A DNA stretch of 63,933 nt, filler included, from Folioceros fuciformis (lineage: Eukaryota), in the NCBI GenBank assembly GCA_049999805.1. It is 7 parts of 7 records of this genome, joined end to end, with 100 filler letters (N's around TTAATTAATTAA, not from the genome) between each part and the next. Parts side by side here need not be neighbours in the genome. Positions count along the whole stretch, not along the records: positions 28,130 to 46,156 come from JBNGIO010004054.1; 6 more parts are not named here. One strand, given 5' to 3'. The notes under the pieces are model-generated. The model saw only the letters and a program-made list of their open reading frames with translations, was not told where the DNA came from and ran no database searches. Positions 33,761-46,256 of the stretch are shown one piece after another. Position 1 is the stretch's first letter. Every line of letters begins with the position of its first letter. The position numbers were made by a program, and so were the translations under genes.

Positions 33761-36700
33761 AACTTCCCTTCAAGGATTCCTCCCCTACTCGTGCTTGTCG
33801 CCTTCTTGGAATAGTCCATTCTGACATTTGTGGACCTATGAGTACAGCATCCTTCGGCGGCCACTCATATTTCATCACATTCCTTGATGAGTGGAGCCGC
33901 TTCTGCCATGTCTATTTTTTACGCCACAAAGACGAAGCTCTCTCACGCTTCCAGGATTTTCTCCTCATAGCTGAACACCAAACTGGCTTCAAGTTGACCA
34001 CCCTACGAACAGACAACGGGGGTGAGTACACTAGCCACTCCTTTCAAGAGTTTTGTAGGTCAAAGGGCATCCTCAGACAGCTAATAGTACCCTATACTCC
34101 ATCTCAAAACCCCTTTGCAGAAAGACTGAACAGATCCCTTCTCGAAATCTCCCTCTCTCTCCTTAAGCTTTCAGGTCTTACCAAGGGCTATTGGGCCGAA
34201 GGTGTCTGTACTTCCAACTCCCTTAAGAATAGACTGCCTACCAAAGACCTTCCAGTTGTTACCCCCTTTGAACGATGGAGTGGAAATAAGCCTCGAGTCT
34301 CCCATCTCAGAATTTTTGGAAGTCCCGCCTTTGCCCACATCGCCGATGAAACTCAAAAAAAGTGGGACGATAAGGCCCGAAAACTTCTCTTTGTAGGTTA
34401 CTCAGACCAGGTCAAAGCCTACAAACTTTTCGATCCAACCACCAAAGAGGTCATCCTCTCCCGTAGTGTCCACTTCAATGAGTCTCACCTACTCCAAGCT
34501 TACCTCACTTCCTCCCTTACTTCCACACCTCTGCCTGCTCCTAGCTCTTCTAGTCGTCAACCTGCTGAATCCCTTGTTGCTCTTGAGGGGGCCACTACAT
34601 ATGATGCCGACCAAGACCCACAGGTTCCTCAGCAGGTCACTCCACCTCAACCAGGCTTAGCCACTATCCTGCCTCCTACTGCAGTGCCTTTACCTACACA
34701 ACACAACCCTGGTTCAGGTCAGGACATAGGAATCTCAAACCTCCCTGAGGCACTTGCTCCCGTTGTAAATCTACAACCCCAGATTCAGAACCTACCAGCT
34801 CCAACGCAGCATGTGCCTAGGAGATCAACTCGGCATCGCCCTCCTAGAAGTGAATGGAAGGAACCACCATATCTGCCTGGAGACACCCTCTCATCTCGGA
34901 GCACCTCAAGACGACACTACACCGAAAATCCATTTGTACACGAGCATACTCATCAGCTTTAACTTGGCATTATATCAAGCTTTATCTGCCATCAAAATGC
35001 AGAATGTACCTCAATCAATCAAGGAAGCCTTTAGCACCCCCCAGTGGACAGAGGCAGCCAAGTCATAGTTTGATTCACTAATAACAAACAAAACTTGGAA
35101 GCTCATTGACTTACCACTTGGCAAGAAACCCATCTCCTGTAAGTGGACTTTCCGGAGGAAGTTGAACCCCAATGGTACAATATCTAGGTACAAGGCAAGG
35201 CTTGTAGCCCGGGGCTTCAGTCAAGTCCTAGGCTTCGACTATGAGGAAAACTGACTTTACAGCCCAGTGGTAAAATCAACATCTATCAAAATTCTACTTG
35301 CGTTTGCTACTCAATATCGTCTTGACACTCACCAGGTTGACGTCAAGACAGCTTTCCTCTTCGGCACCTTGAATGAAGATATCTACATGCTCCAGCCACC
35401 TGGCTTTATCAAGGATCACAGAAAAGTTTGTAAGCTCATCAAGTCACTATATGGACTGAAACAATCAGCCCAGGTCTGGAATGAAACCGTAGATTTATTC
35501 TTAAAAAATGTGGTTTCTTACCTCTTACCACAAATTGCAGCATCTACCTCCTTAGACAGAAAGAGCATTTCGTAGTAGTCACCCTCTACGTCGATGACAA
35601 CTTCATATTTGGCAGTAGTCTTGAAATTATCAAGTATGTCAAAGACCTGTTAGCAAAAGAGTACGATGTTGTAGATTCATGACCCCTCAAATATGCCTTA
35701 GGTGTCCAGTTCGAACATAACTCAATCGACCACTCTTTCTTTATCCACCAACAACACTATGTGGATCAGCTTCTAGATAGGTTTAACCTGAAAGATGCTA
35801 GGCCCATATCTACACCAATAGCTGCAGGAGAAAAGGTGTTAGCGGAAGATTGCTCTACCACACCAGAGGAAGCAACAGAGATGGAATCCATTCCCTATAG
35901 TGAGGCTGTAGGCAGCCTCCTATACTTATCAATCTGGACCCGTCCGGACATAGCCCAGGCCATCAACATAACATCCAAATACATTTCAAACCCAGGCAAG
36001 GCTCATTGGACGAGCGTCAAGAGGATCCTGAGGTATTTGAAGGGAACCAGGTCTCTAGGGCTAGTTTACAAGCGCAATAGCTGCACGAACCTCATCCTCA
36101 CATGTTACTCAAACGCAGACTGGGCTGGAGACCCCGATGCTAGGAGGTCTACAGCAGCCTACTGCACCAAGATAAATGGGTCTACCATCTCTTGGACATG
36201 TAAGAAATTATAGACAGTCTACCTCTCCTCTACGGAGGTAGAGTATGCTGCTACTTCCTTAGCCGCTAAGGAGGTTCTGTGGATTCATCAGTTCCTGCAA
36301 GACATAGACGAGCAACAGCATCAGCCAACTAAATTAAAGTGCGATAACCAGTCAGCTATCGCTATGACCATGAATCCTGTGCTACACGCTAGGATTAAAC
36401 ACATGGAAATCCAACACCACTTCATCCGTCAGGTGGTGCACAACAAACAAACCAGCTTGAGCTATGTAAGCACATACAATAATATCGCCAATCTGTTAAC
36501 GAAGGGACTGACAAAGGCAATCCACGAAAGACATGTTGAAGGAATAGGGCTCGTGGCCAGAGAGGTATCTGGGTGTGGACAGCAAAGCCGTCCGCGTTGT
36601 AGATTAAGGGGGAGCTACTCAACCCCAGTATAAGCATCTGCAAGCCTTCAATCGTCCGGCAAGGGCTGCAACACTGCCAACTGATCAGGTGACTCGCAAC

Positions 36701-37045
36701 CTAGAGACACCACCAGACGCTCAACAGCAAACTAAGAAGGAACTAGAGTAGGGCGTGATCGAACAACAGCCATGGCCGAAAGGACTGAACGCAGCCGAAT
36801 TCTCGCCGAGGGGGAGTGTTGCGAAACAGGCGTGTTTTGATGTGCCTGTGGATTAGGGCTACAATTTAGGGCACGTTTTAGAATATATATAAACACTTTA
36901 AGGAGAATAACAGTTGGAGCAGTTAGCTTAGTATAGTTAAAATTGTTTAACAGTTTAGCAGTTACAACTGCTTAAGTTCGTGTATAAAACCAAGCGTGCT
37001 TAATGAAATACTTATCCAATCCTATTCCGGCTAGCATTTCTTTAA
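33761..37045 (+). mobile_element. Ty1/copia element C (5'-deleted: integrase-RT-RNase H-3' LTR), nested antisense in B
   Basis: VHSDICGPM, LRTDNGGEY, LFVGYS, YVDD, YSNADWAGD, CDNQSAI. PPT at 36808-36816; LTR from TGTTG at 36817 to ~37045, where the gag of B resumes. Confidence 0.9.
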
Positions 37046-37925
37046 TGCATCCTTTGGAGACTCACATCCTGTGATCTGTATGACCATAGCATCTGAAATA
37101 CTTAAGGAGAGCTAGTGTAACACTTTACATGTTCTCTCAGTCCAATGCTTGTGAGCAGTTTTCTGCTCTTGTGATGGAGTACGATCGATCTATGGTTCAC
37201 TCTCATCACCTGTGCAGAGGTCCCAATAGCCTCTACCTACCAAGAAGTTCTTCATCCCGAACTTCCACAAAGCAAAATTCTTGTTATCCAACTTCTCTCC
37301 CACAACCTGAGAGATATTGTCTGATCCTAGCACGTTAGCTATGATTCAGGCTCCTTTACGCACCAACACTTGTCCTGCACCTCAATTTAGTTGCCTTCTC
37401 TTGCTTGCTGTGCCACCAAGTCCCTTGTGGACAGATTGTCAAAACACTTTCATGCGTCTTCCAACAGATGTTTTTGACAATCTTGAGTGCAACTCCCTGC
37501 ACTACTGCACAGCTCTAGCACTCCACAAGCCTCAATCAGATCTCAACAATTCCTGAATGTGCAGTTGACTCTTCGCTAAGCGAAAACAGCCTTTGCTCAA
37601 GCTTTCAAAAAACAAAATAAAAGCAGAACATTGTTTGCCAAGTTTAGGCCTTCCTCCTTGCAAATCCTGGGCCTGCTGTGACTTCCACGGCCTGGTTGCC
37701 TCCAGTAGTTGCTGCTCCTCTTGAGTCTCTCTCCCTCTCGCACCTCTCGCGCGCTCTTGTGCCTGTGGCGCCTATTACAGCTTCCTACGCCGCCTACGCC
37801 GCTACGCCTCCTACGCCTCTCAATGGCTTGCATTGCCACCCACCTTCACGCTCACAGCCATAGCCTCAAACATAGCCCCGCCATAGCCACAATGGCTGTT
37901 GGCACTCTCTCTGGCTCTGATACCA

Positions 37926-38176
37926 TGTTGAAATAGCACCACTAGCTTAGATGGACTCCACAGTACATTTCTTATGGTGCACAGGATGCTACATATATAG
38001 CCTTCAGGCGGGGCAACCCTTGATAAGGTAAACATTAGTCTTGAGGGTGCAATATCCTAGTATATCCTGATAACACTTAGGTGGTAGATATCTACGAGTT
38101 CAATATGGGGTAATCTACACTATCCTAAGTGTTGTATGCTCTTAATAACAATTCAGTTAGAGCTTGATTTCTAACA
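37926..38176 (-). repeat. 5' LTR of copia B (251 bp)
   Basis: TG...CA termini next to the PBS. Aligns with 32173-32392 at ~13 substitutions plus one 10-bp indel over ~210 bp. Confidence 0.9.
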
Positions 38177-38961
38177 CCAATCCCGAATCTACCAATCCTG
38201 CAACATGTCCAGTCAGTAAGTAGGCACCATTCCTTCACTTGGAAGGGCCCCAGTACCTCCCCCTACCGATTTCTACCTCCCTACACTTAATAGCTTTTCC
38301 TCACAAGGCTCCCTACAACACCTTCCTCAACCCCACAATCTAGTTGGTCGTCTCCCTACCCCCAACAACCAACAAGTTTTCCTCCGAGCCTGCTTAGCTC
38401 CCTCCAACTATGTTTATCGTTCACCTACGATATTCAACTTTCCCTATCGCATACCTTCAACATGTCCAGTAAGTAGGAAGGCACCATTCCTTCACTTGGA
38501 AGGGCCCCAATACCTCCCCCTACTAATTTCTAACTACCTGCACCAAACACCTTTCCCCACATGTCTCCTCACAACACCTTCCACACGATCCAATTGCTCG
38601 TTTCCCTACGTTCAACACTCCCAACCAAACACTACAAGAACCTTTGTGATCGGCAATAGAAAGGGCACTTGCAGCTCCCCCTTCCGCCAAGATGTCCACG
38701 CAGGCTTAGGAAAGTTGGTTCACTATTTGTCACGAAACACTTACAATCCAAAAACGGCCATCTGCTCAAGTCCTTTGTTCTACTTATATAGGATGGCAGG
38801 CGGCTTCCTACCTACCACTAGCCGCCTCCAGCTTTAACTACGCACACCTACCAAGAGGCTAAGAACTACCAATAGTGGCTAGGGCAGTGTGCACCGATGA
38901 AGATTAGGACTATTCGTGCCGCCATAGAAGATTCATTGACCCCCTTTTCAAAAAGGTGTGG

Positions 38962-41276
38962 CTAGGATGGCTCTTGAAGGGAGGCAGAGTCTGAAGGCTG
39001 AGCTACTGGGCCCCCCTCCATTATTGGGATTCGCCTTCTCTTGGGTCCACAAACTTCCACCGTACCTTCCTCTGTGTGGATCTCCTGGTGTATCCCTTCA
39101 CCACCACCTACAGGTTTGGTAGGGGAGGGATCCACTTGTTCCTCAACTTGAGGCTCCTTCCCTATGTAGGGTGAGAATGTTCCCTTTGTAGGTAGGGTCC
39201 CTATTGCTCCCTTCGTAGGTAGGGTCCCTATCATTCCTTCCCCTCCTCTCGTAGGTAGGTTGCCTACCCCTCCTCTTGTAAGTAGGTTCCCTATGGGAGT
39301 AGGTCCCCCTTGTTGCGTGCTCTTCCTAGCCCATAACAGCTCCTCAGGTTCCCATTGCAAGCTCTCCAGGTCCATACTGCTGTCCTCTTGAAAGTCCGTT
39401 AGTAGGGGCACTACCTCCAGGGCCTCACGGTCATCATCATGTGGCCCAAGATACCTTTGCCGTGCGAATTCTGCCAGTTCCTTGTGATGAGCGAGTACAC
39501 GTTGGTGTAGGTGGAGGTTGCGATTTTGTTGAGCTAGATCTATGGTATCTATGTCAACAACCCAATCCCCACCCTTGCATCTACTCTTGTAGATATCCCG
39601 TTCATCCTCCATCACCCCTACCTTCAACTGTAGGTCAAGGTTTTCTTGATGAGTTGCATGAAGCTGGTCATGCACCCCGTCAAGTAGGCATAGTTAGCAT
39701 GAAACCTACGCGCTCGAACCACCAGCATCATGTGAATCTTGGCCTGGTGCTCAGCTACTTGTTGTGCTTTCTCCTACCGAAGGTCTTCTAATTGGATGGT
39801 CAATTGTTCCCTCTCCACTCGCTCTCATTGCCCTACTTCAAGGCATTGCTGGAGTTCCTGGTTCGCTTTAGCACTCTGTGCCTCCAACTCATCTAGCTTG
39901 CCTTGTAAATCCTTTGCAAGGTAGACTTGTTCCCGTAACTGTTCCTCCACCACCTTCCTAGTTTTCTCAAACTGAGAGAGGTCCCTTCGACATGCAATGA
40001 TCTCATATGATAAACCTTGTTGGGAAGTTTGCAACATGGTCACCTGCTGGGTCAACTTCTCCAGTTCTTGCCTTTGCTCACCATCCTTGAGGAGATACTG
40101 TTCTCGCTCCTTCTCCAATTCCTGCACTTTGGATTCTAGTCGTGCCTAGTCTGCATCCCGACTTATGTCCTCCTATAGTAGGGCTGCAATCATTGCACGG
40201 GCCTCTCCCCTTTTGTAGCTGTTGGCCACACCGAATGATGTTGCCCCACACTCCCAACGAAGTGTCGTTACCTTGGCTTGTGGCGTGTGCTCCCTGGCTG
40301 CCTCTCAATTCATTGGGCTCCTTCTCCCTAGATCTAGTGCTCCACTCTGTGCTTGCACTACTGGTGTCATTGCCAAATCCCCTCCCTGGTACCCTACTTC
40401 AACTACTGGCTGGCTTAGTCCAAGGTCCCTTACTGCCTCCATCTCAAATGGGGTGGAATCTAGGGCTACAGGGGTGGTGATTGATGGTAGCCCTTGGTCC
40501 CTTTGCTCCTCCCTAGGTCTCTATATCAACGGGGTGTCATCATCTTCATCATAGGCCACCATGGCTGATTCAAAATCAAGTGGGGACTCATCCGTAAGAG
40601 GAATCGACACTCCACCAGAGATAAAAGCCTCCCCTTGCAACGTGACAACTACAAAAGGTTGTTCCACCTCCTCCAACTCCTCTTGGGTCAACAACCCTTC
40701 TGTCTTGCATAAGTGCACTAAATAATCGAGAGGTAGCAGGGATGTGCACTCCCCCCCTTCCTTCTGTTCGACTTGAGCAGCTTCGGCTGTTCTCCCTGTG
40801 GTAGGTGTACGCCTCATACATAATCAACCCTCATTCTGGCTTTGCTCCTTGAGTCACTCTCCAAAGGAAGTGGAGGAAAACATTGCTGAAATATGAGGTA
40901 CGCTGATAGTTCACTAATTCAAGTACCACCTTAGTGAACAACCACCATTTGAGCTCCTTCATCCTCTCGGTCCTCCACCCGTTCTTGGTTCTTGCTAGGT
41001 CCCCTCCCAACATCAATTCTAGTGCTCTGGGTGGTAGGGTGGTGCTAGGTGACCTCCGCCCATCTATAGTTTTATCCAGGATCCCAATACCATTGTTCTC
41101 CTCTTCCAACCTATCGTACACCTGTCGGATGCTCCGGACAGTCCAACACCGAGGGTCAGTCCTCGCGTTTCTTGCAGGTAGGGCTTCCAACTCCTCCTTC
41201 GGTTGTCGTAGATTGGCATAGCACCCCTTCACCAAGCCTTCATGAACATACGACTAGTGTCTGCCATGTCAGGCCA
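38962..41276 (-). pseudogene. Decayed accessory (extra) ORF of a Ty3/gypsy-type element: plant-transposon-like N-domain plus long coiled coil
   Basis: Collinear broken frames at 41235-40831, 40817-40521, 40127-39825 (E/Q/K/L coiled coil) and 39675-38962. LVKGCYANL resembles the LVREFYAN motif of Athila/Tat-type extra ORFs. An imperfect ~70-bp duplication (38201/38458) lies in the adjoining non-coding part. Confidence 0.5.
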
Positions 41277-44200
41277 TGTTGATTAATTAGTGTATCTAAT
41301 TAATCAAATATATATAATTAGGCTAATTGCAGATAATTAGTTTAATCATATAATTGAATAGATCAGAGATAGCTAGGTAGGGAACGTGTGATGCATTTAG
41401 GGCTCAGGAGGGCAAGAAGCATTATTGTGCAAAATGGTTGGGAGGTTATGAGCGTAGGCGGCATAGCACCGACGAAGAAGACGAGGACTGCGGGCAACGA
41501 CCAAGAGCAAGGGTGATAGATAAGTGTTGAACTTCTAGGCTCAGTTGCACAGTTGTTAGAAGTCCTCTCGTTGAACCTAAGCCTGCTATCAAGGTGGCTG
41601 GTCAAGGAATTGCTTGTAAATCCACTACTCAGAAATCGGAGTGAAAACGCTGATGAGTCGCAGCGCGGTGTGTGTGCATGTGGCTAACAATCTGAGTGTG
41701 ACAAGTCAGGGCTAGGTGGAGGACTTACTGCAACTTGCAAACACAGTCACTAGGATTGCAGGACGAGGGTCTTGCTCACGAATCTCAGGATTCGCCGAGG
41801 AGGGTTCACAAATGTCGTGGTGTTCTGTCGCGGGCATCAGAACGGCACCAGTGAACGACAATGTTGGACGTTGAGCTAGGGTTCTCAGCTCGAGTACCAG
41901 GAAGGCTCATGAGTGCTGTGGTGTCCCGTCGCGGGCATAAGAGTAGCACTAGTGCACATCGGCGTTGGGCGTTGGGCTGGTGGACACCAACAAGCTGGTG
42001 TGTGTGAGAGCCAGGAGCTGGGTAGGGAAAACTCCACCGAGTGCAGACTGAGACTCTTCATGAATTCAAGCTGACTGTGTGGAAGGCTAACTCACAGAGC
42101 TACGGATGCGACTGCGCGGCTTGTGACCCACATGGGCATCCAGGCAGAGCTAAGCTCGCTTAGTCGATTGTGAACTGGATCTGGTGCAAGCAAATTGTGT
42201 GAGCGGGTGCCAACGTTTGTGTGAGCGGGTGCCAACGTTTGTGTGCGCGCAAGGCTGCAGCTCCCATTTCTGGGGCCGAGAGGCTGGGGAGGTAGCGCTG
42301 AGCCTGGATCGTGGCACTAGACTGGCCTAAGCAGGCTGTGAGCCGAGTGAACTTGAGTCGCGGACGGATGTTGTGAGAGCGGTGGTGAGCACCAACAATG
42401 CAGCCTGTGGAGACCACCACCGAGATTAGAGTCGACAACTGCAGGGTCCCCGTGGTGGCACTGACATGTGCAGCCATTCGTGTTGCGCATGCTGGGTGTG
42501 AATGGAAGTTTGAGGTTTAGCCAGTCGATGCCAGACAATCGCCCTAGCTGGACATCACCTAGAAATGTTGTGAGTCTAAGACTGTGTAGCAGCGGTGACG
42601 CTTTTGTGCGATGCTACTTCTAAGAATTGTCCTGAACTTTGTGGCCATCAATTTGGTGTGCTGCGGGCTTTTGTCCATAAACGTATGTGGTTCTGGCTAT
42701 GTGCACAGAGAGACACCCGCCCGTCTTTGTTAAGATCAGGGTGTGGACTCACCGTGCTAAAGTTTTGGTGAGCTAGGAGAAAGATAGGATACTCACCTTA
42801 ATGGGTATCTGGTGGAGAGTGGTACATTGACTGCTAAGCTGTAAGTGCTGGTTTAGCCTATACCCTGAGTGAGTAGAGCTTCAGGCTAGTGGACACTTAG
42901 CTGTCGATAGCATAGTCCTGTTGATGGTCTAGTAGGGAGTCAGGGTCAGTCAGTAGGCACAGGTTGTTGTGCACCTTCATGTTCTTACTTTTCTTAAGTC
43001 ACTGCTAATTACCGACCTTGTTTGGTTTCTGCATGGACTATATATGCCATCTGATGGGAGTGATGAGGAGCCAACCTACCATCTGAGAAGTAGGACCATT
43101 CCATGGCAACCTTGGGTGCCTCGGCGGAGGGCACAGTGTTAATGGACTGCCAGACCTAGTACATCGGAACAAAGACCAATTGAGGAGCCAAATGACCGCC
43201 ACTCTAGCCAGAGTGTCACAGACCAAGGTAGCATTGGGGAAGCGTTTGGACCTGCTAGGGCAGTAGGAGTAAGTTGGTTGCCTCTATCGGTCATTGTCCA
43301 GGCTGTAAGTGGAGACACTAGCTGGAGGAGAAGGAATCTGAGGAGTCTGACACCATGGAGGGGTCTGGAACATCTGTTCACAAGTTTGAGAAGTTTTCTG
43401 GTAGGCCAGGGACATAGACTCTTAGAGATTTCAAGTTGTTTTATGGGTTCTTAACTAGCCATGTTAAGTTTAAGCATGGAACTACTTACACCCACAGGTA
43501 CATGTTTGAACATCTACTTGGGTATCTAGCTGATGAAGCCTTGGACTTGTTCAAGATTCATGCACTAGAGATGTTGGCAGTGGTAGAGAAGCGCAACCCT
43601 GCTGACACGACAACCTTACAAGTGGCATACAATAGTTTGCTGGCTACTATGGTGGCCACTCACTAAGCAGGGATTGCAGTTAGCACCATTGCAACATCAG
43701 TCCCACCACCTACGGTGGTGAACATGACTCAATAGGAGATGGCTACTGCCACAGCTAGTATCCCGGACAAGTTGGACGTGCTTAAGCACGACAACCCCGT
43801 GGAGGATTTCTTTGTGATTCTGGACAGGGCTTTTCCAACCAAGTCCCCGGAAAAGATTGCGGAACTTGCAGCCTTTGCGTGCAAGAAGGGTGACACTGTC
43901 CAGATGGCCTTTAGGCGATTGCAGAAGCTAAGAGATGGTACGGGCATGCTGACCGACCAAGAGGTGGCTCAAAAGTTTCTGGCTGCCTTAGAGATTGATC
44001 CATTATTCCACTATCAACTGTTTACTACCTTGGTTGACAAGTATGGGGACAACTACACACTGGATCAGGTCTACCAAGAAGCAAAGAGGAAGAAACTGGC
44101 TTTTTCAACGTATGCTTCTCAGCATACGAAAGCCTTTCACCATTACCAACAGATGTTTTCAGGGAAGAGTAGTTCGGCAACCACTCAGGGTGTTGCCAAC

Positions 44201-45480
44201 AAGGGTAGGGAGGCTAAGCCTGCCAAGGTTGGGGCAGCAACTACTTTTACCACACTTTGTAACTGGTGTGGCAATGCTGACCATCTCCAGCCTGCATGTA
44301 AGGTGGTGTTGACTCTTTACGTTGCACTCACTGCCAGAAATCAGGTCATGTGGAAGTAGTCTGTTTTTCAAAGTATTCGGAACGACAACCGTGGAAAACA
44401 GGGGTAGGTTCCAGTGTTACCACCACTTCTGCTACTAAGCCTAATAATGCTGCGAGAGCAAGTGGTTTAGGAAGTGCTTTAGCAGGGGCAGCTACAGGAG
44501 GGAGTCTTGTCAGCAAGAGCCAAGTGAAGCGTGACAAGGCTCAGCAGAAGACGGCTGCCCAAGCGGACAAATTGACTACCCTGGAGACAGCCATGGCGGC
44601 GTTGACCACTCAGGTTAGCACATTGGCAGCCAACTTGAATGCTGCCAAGTCCGCCAGTGTGGTAGAACTGGTGGCTACCAAGGCATCAACTGACCTTGAT
44701 GAAGATTATGGTCTAGTCATGGAAGCTTGCGCAGCACACACGGAGCATTCAGGGTTTGGGCCGTCTCATGGCAAAGGCCTAGAGCAGTTAGATCTGTCTA
44801 GGGCTGGTGAGCAGCTGCCACAAACATGGTTGGGTCATGGTTTGGGGACAGTTGCCATTACCACACGGCATCAGGGTGCTAGGGCTGCAATACCTAGGTC
44901 ATTCTAACAGCTTCCAACAGGGTCCAGCATACTAGTAAGGGGCAGATCACTTGCACATCAGTGGATGAGGTGAGTCAAGATTACTTTGAAGCCCAACACA
45001 GTGGATGAGGTGAGTTAAGATTACTTTGAAGCCCAACACAGTGGATGAGGTGAGCTTAGCGGTGCGCTGCCTAGTCACAAGGGCCACCAATTATGACATC
45101 CTGTTGGGATAGGAATTTTTATTCCCTCCAGGAGTTTCCATTGACAATTGGACAGAACAGTCCTTTTACAGGCCAAATTGGAAGCAAGGGGGAAAGCGCA
45201 TTGCTTACCTGCCCCTGGATTTGCATGGTGCCACACAAGCAGCTGAGGCTACGCTGGTGGTAAGGCAGGCCTGCATGGCGCAGATCGAGCCATGGGAGGA
45301 TGGGACAATGCCCTCATTACTACCAGACCATTGCGCTCAAGTATAACTAGCTGAGTGTGGAGAGGACGAGGACGTTCTTGTCCCTGATCCTAAAGAAGAC
45401 AAGCTCGGAGACGCAACACACATGCATAACCGGCACACACTGTTGTATCCAAGCAGGGACAGCCTGAGAGAGCTTGCAAA
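41277..45480 (+). mobile_element. Ty3/gypsy-type retrotransposon 5' remnant (probable LTR/leader, gag with two CCHC knuckles, protease remnant)
   Basis: Starts abruptly with TGTTG. Gag-like HKFEKFSG..FEHLLGYLADEAL from ~43378; CNWCGNADHLQPAC (44258-44299) and CTHCQKSGHVEVVC (44323-44364); protease C-terminal NYDILLG at ~45089-45109. A 40-bp tandem duplication lies at ~44959-45055. Confidence 0.65.
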
Positions 45481-46156
45481 GTGACAACTTGCCCTATAGG
45501 CTCCCCTGATCTTATAGGAGCCTCTCTCTCTAACTTCACCTCTCTCTAGCTTGACAAATATTATTTCAATAGGACCACTAGCCTAGCCGGCTGTCACCAG
45601 CCATTTATTTAGACTTTCCTAGCACATCCTGCCGCTAATGAGCTGGCCCTACAACTTGCTAACCCTACCACCACAAGTATCTACCACCTCTTAAATTATC
45701 CTAAGACTTTGAAGGATGCCTCATCTTCAAAGATCTTGCGGACACCGCTTCTTCCTTGCTGGATGGCCGCTCGCAAAGCCTTCCCTTGCAACTATTCCCC
45801 CTTGGTGGTTGAGGCTCCTTCCAAGGGAGGAGTATGAGCAGTGGGAGAAGATAGGGAAGAGCTGGGATTAGCAGCCAGAACCGGGCCTGAAATTGGCAGC
45901 TTATTCAGCAGAATCGGCTTCCAGCCAAAATGGTTCCTCAGCCATGAAAAGGTGACCCCGGGGTGATGGGATAGGCCCCAGACTGAGAGGAGAAGAAAGC
46001 AGGTGAAAAAGAGTTGAGTTGGAATTTCTGGAATTAAATCTAGAAAATAGAAAAGGGAAACAACGAGGAACGGAGCAGAATGGCAGCGGGAGAAGGAGGG
46101 CTATCCAGATCAAGCACCGCGGAGGGGGAAATCACCACCAGCGGTGATCCTACAGC

Positions 46157-46256
46157 NNNNNNNNNNNNNNNNNNNNNNNNNNNNNNNNNNNNNNNNNNNN
46201 TTAATTAATTAANNNNNNNNNNNNNNNNNNNNNNNNNNNNNNNNNNNNNNNNNNNN
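46157..46256. other. Assembly linker 44N-TTAATTAATTAA-44N
   Basis: 12-mer at 46201-46212. Confidence 0.95.

Larger units (their letters stand above)
32173..38176 (-). mobile_element. Ty1/copia LTR retrotransposon B (both LTRs present, internally deleted, hosts elements A and C)
   Basis: 5' LTR at 37926-38176, PBS TGGTATCAGAGCC (tRNA-iMet) at 37913-37925 and gag start LWKFGMKNFL at ~37270-37046. RT/RNase H at 33760-32400, PPT at 32393-32401 and a partial 3' LTR at 32173-32392. Confidence 0.93.
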
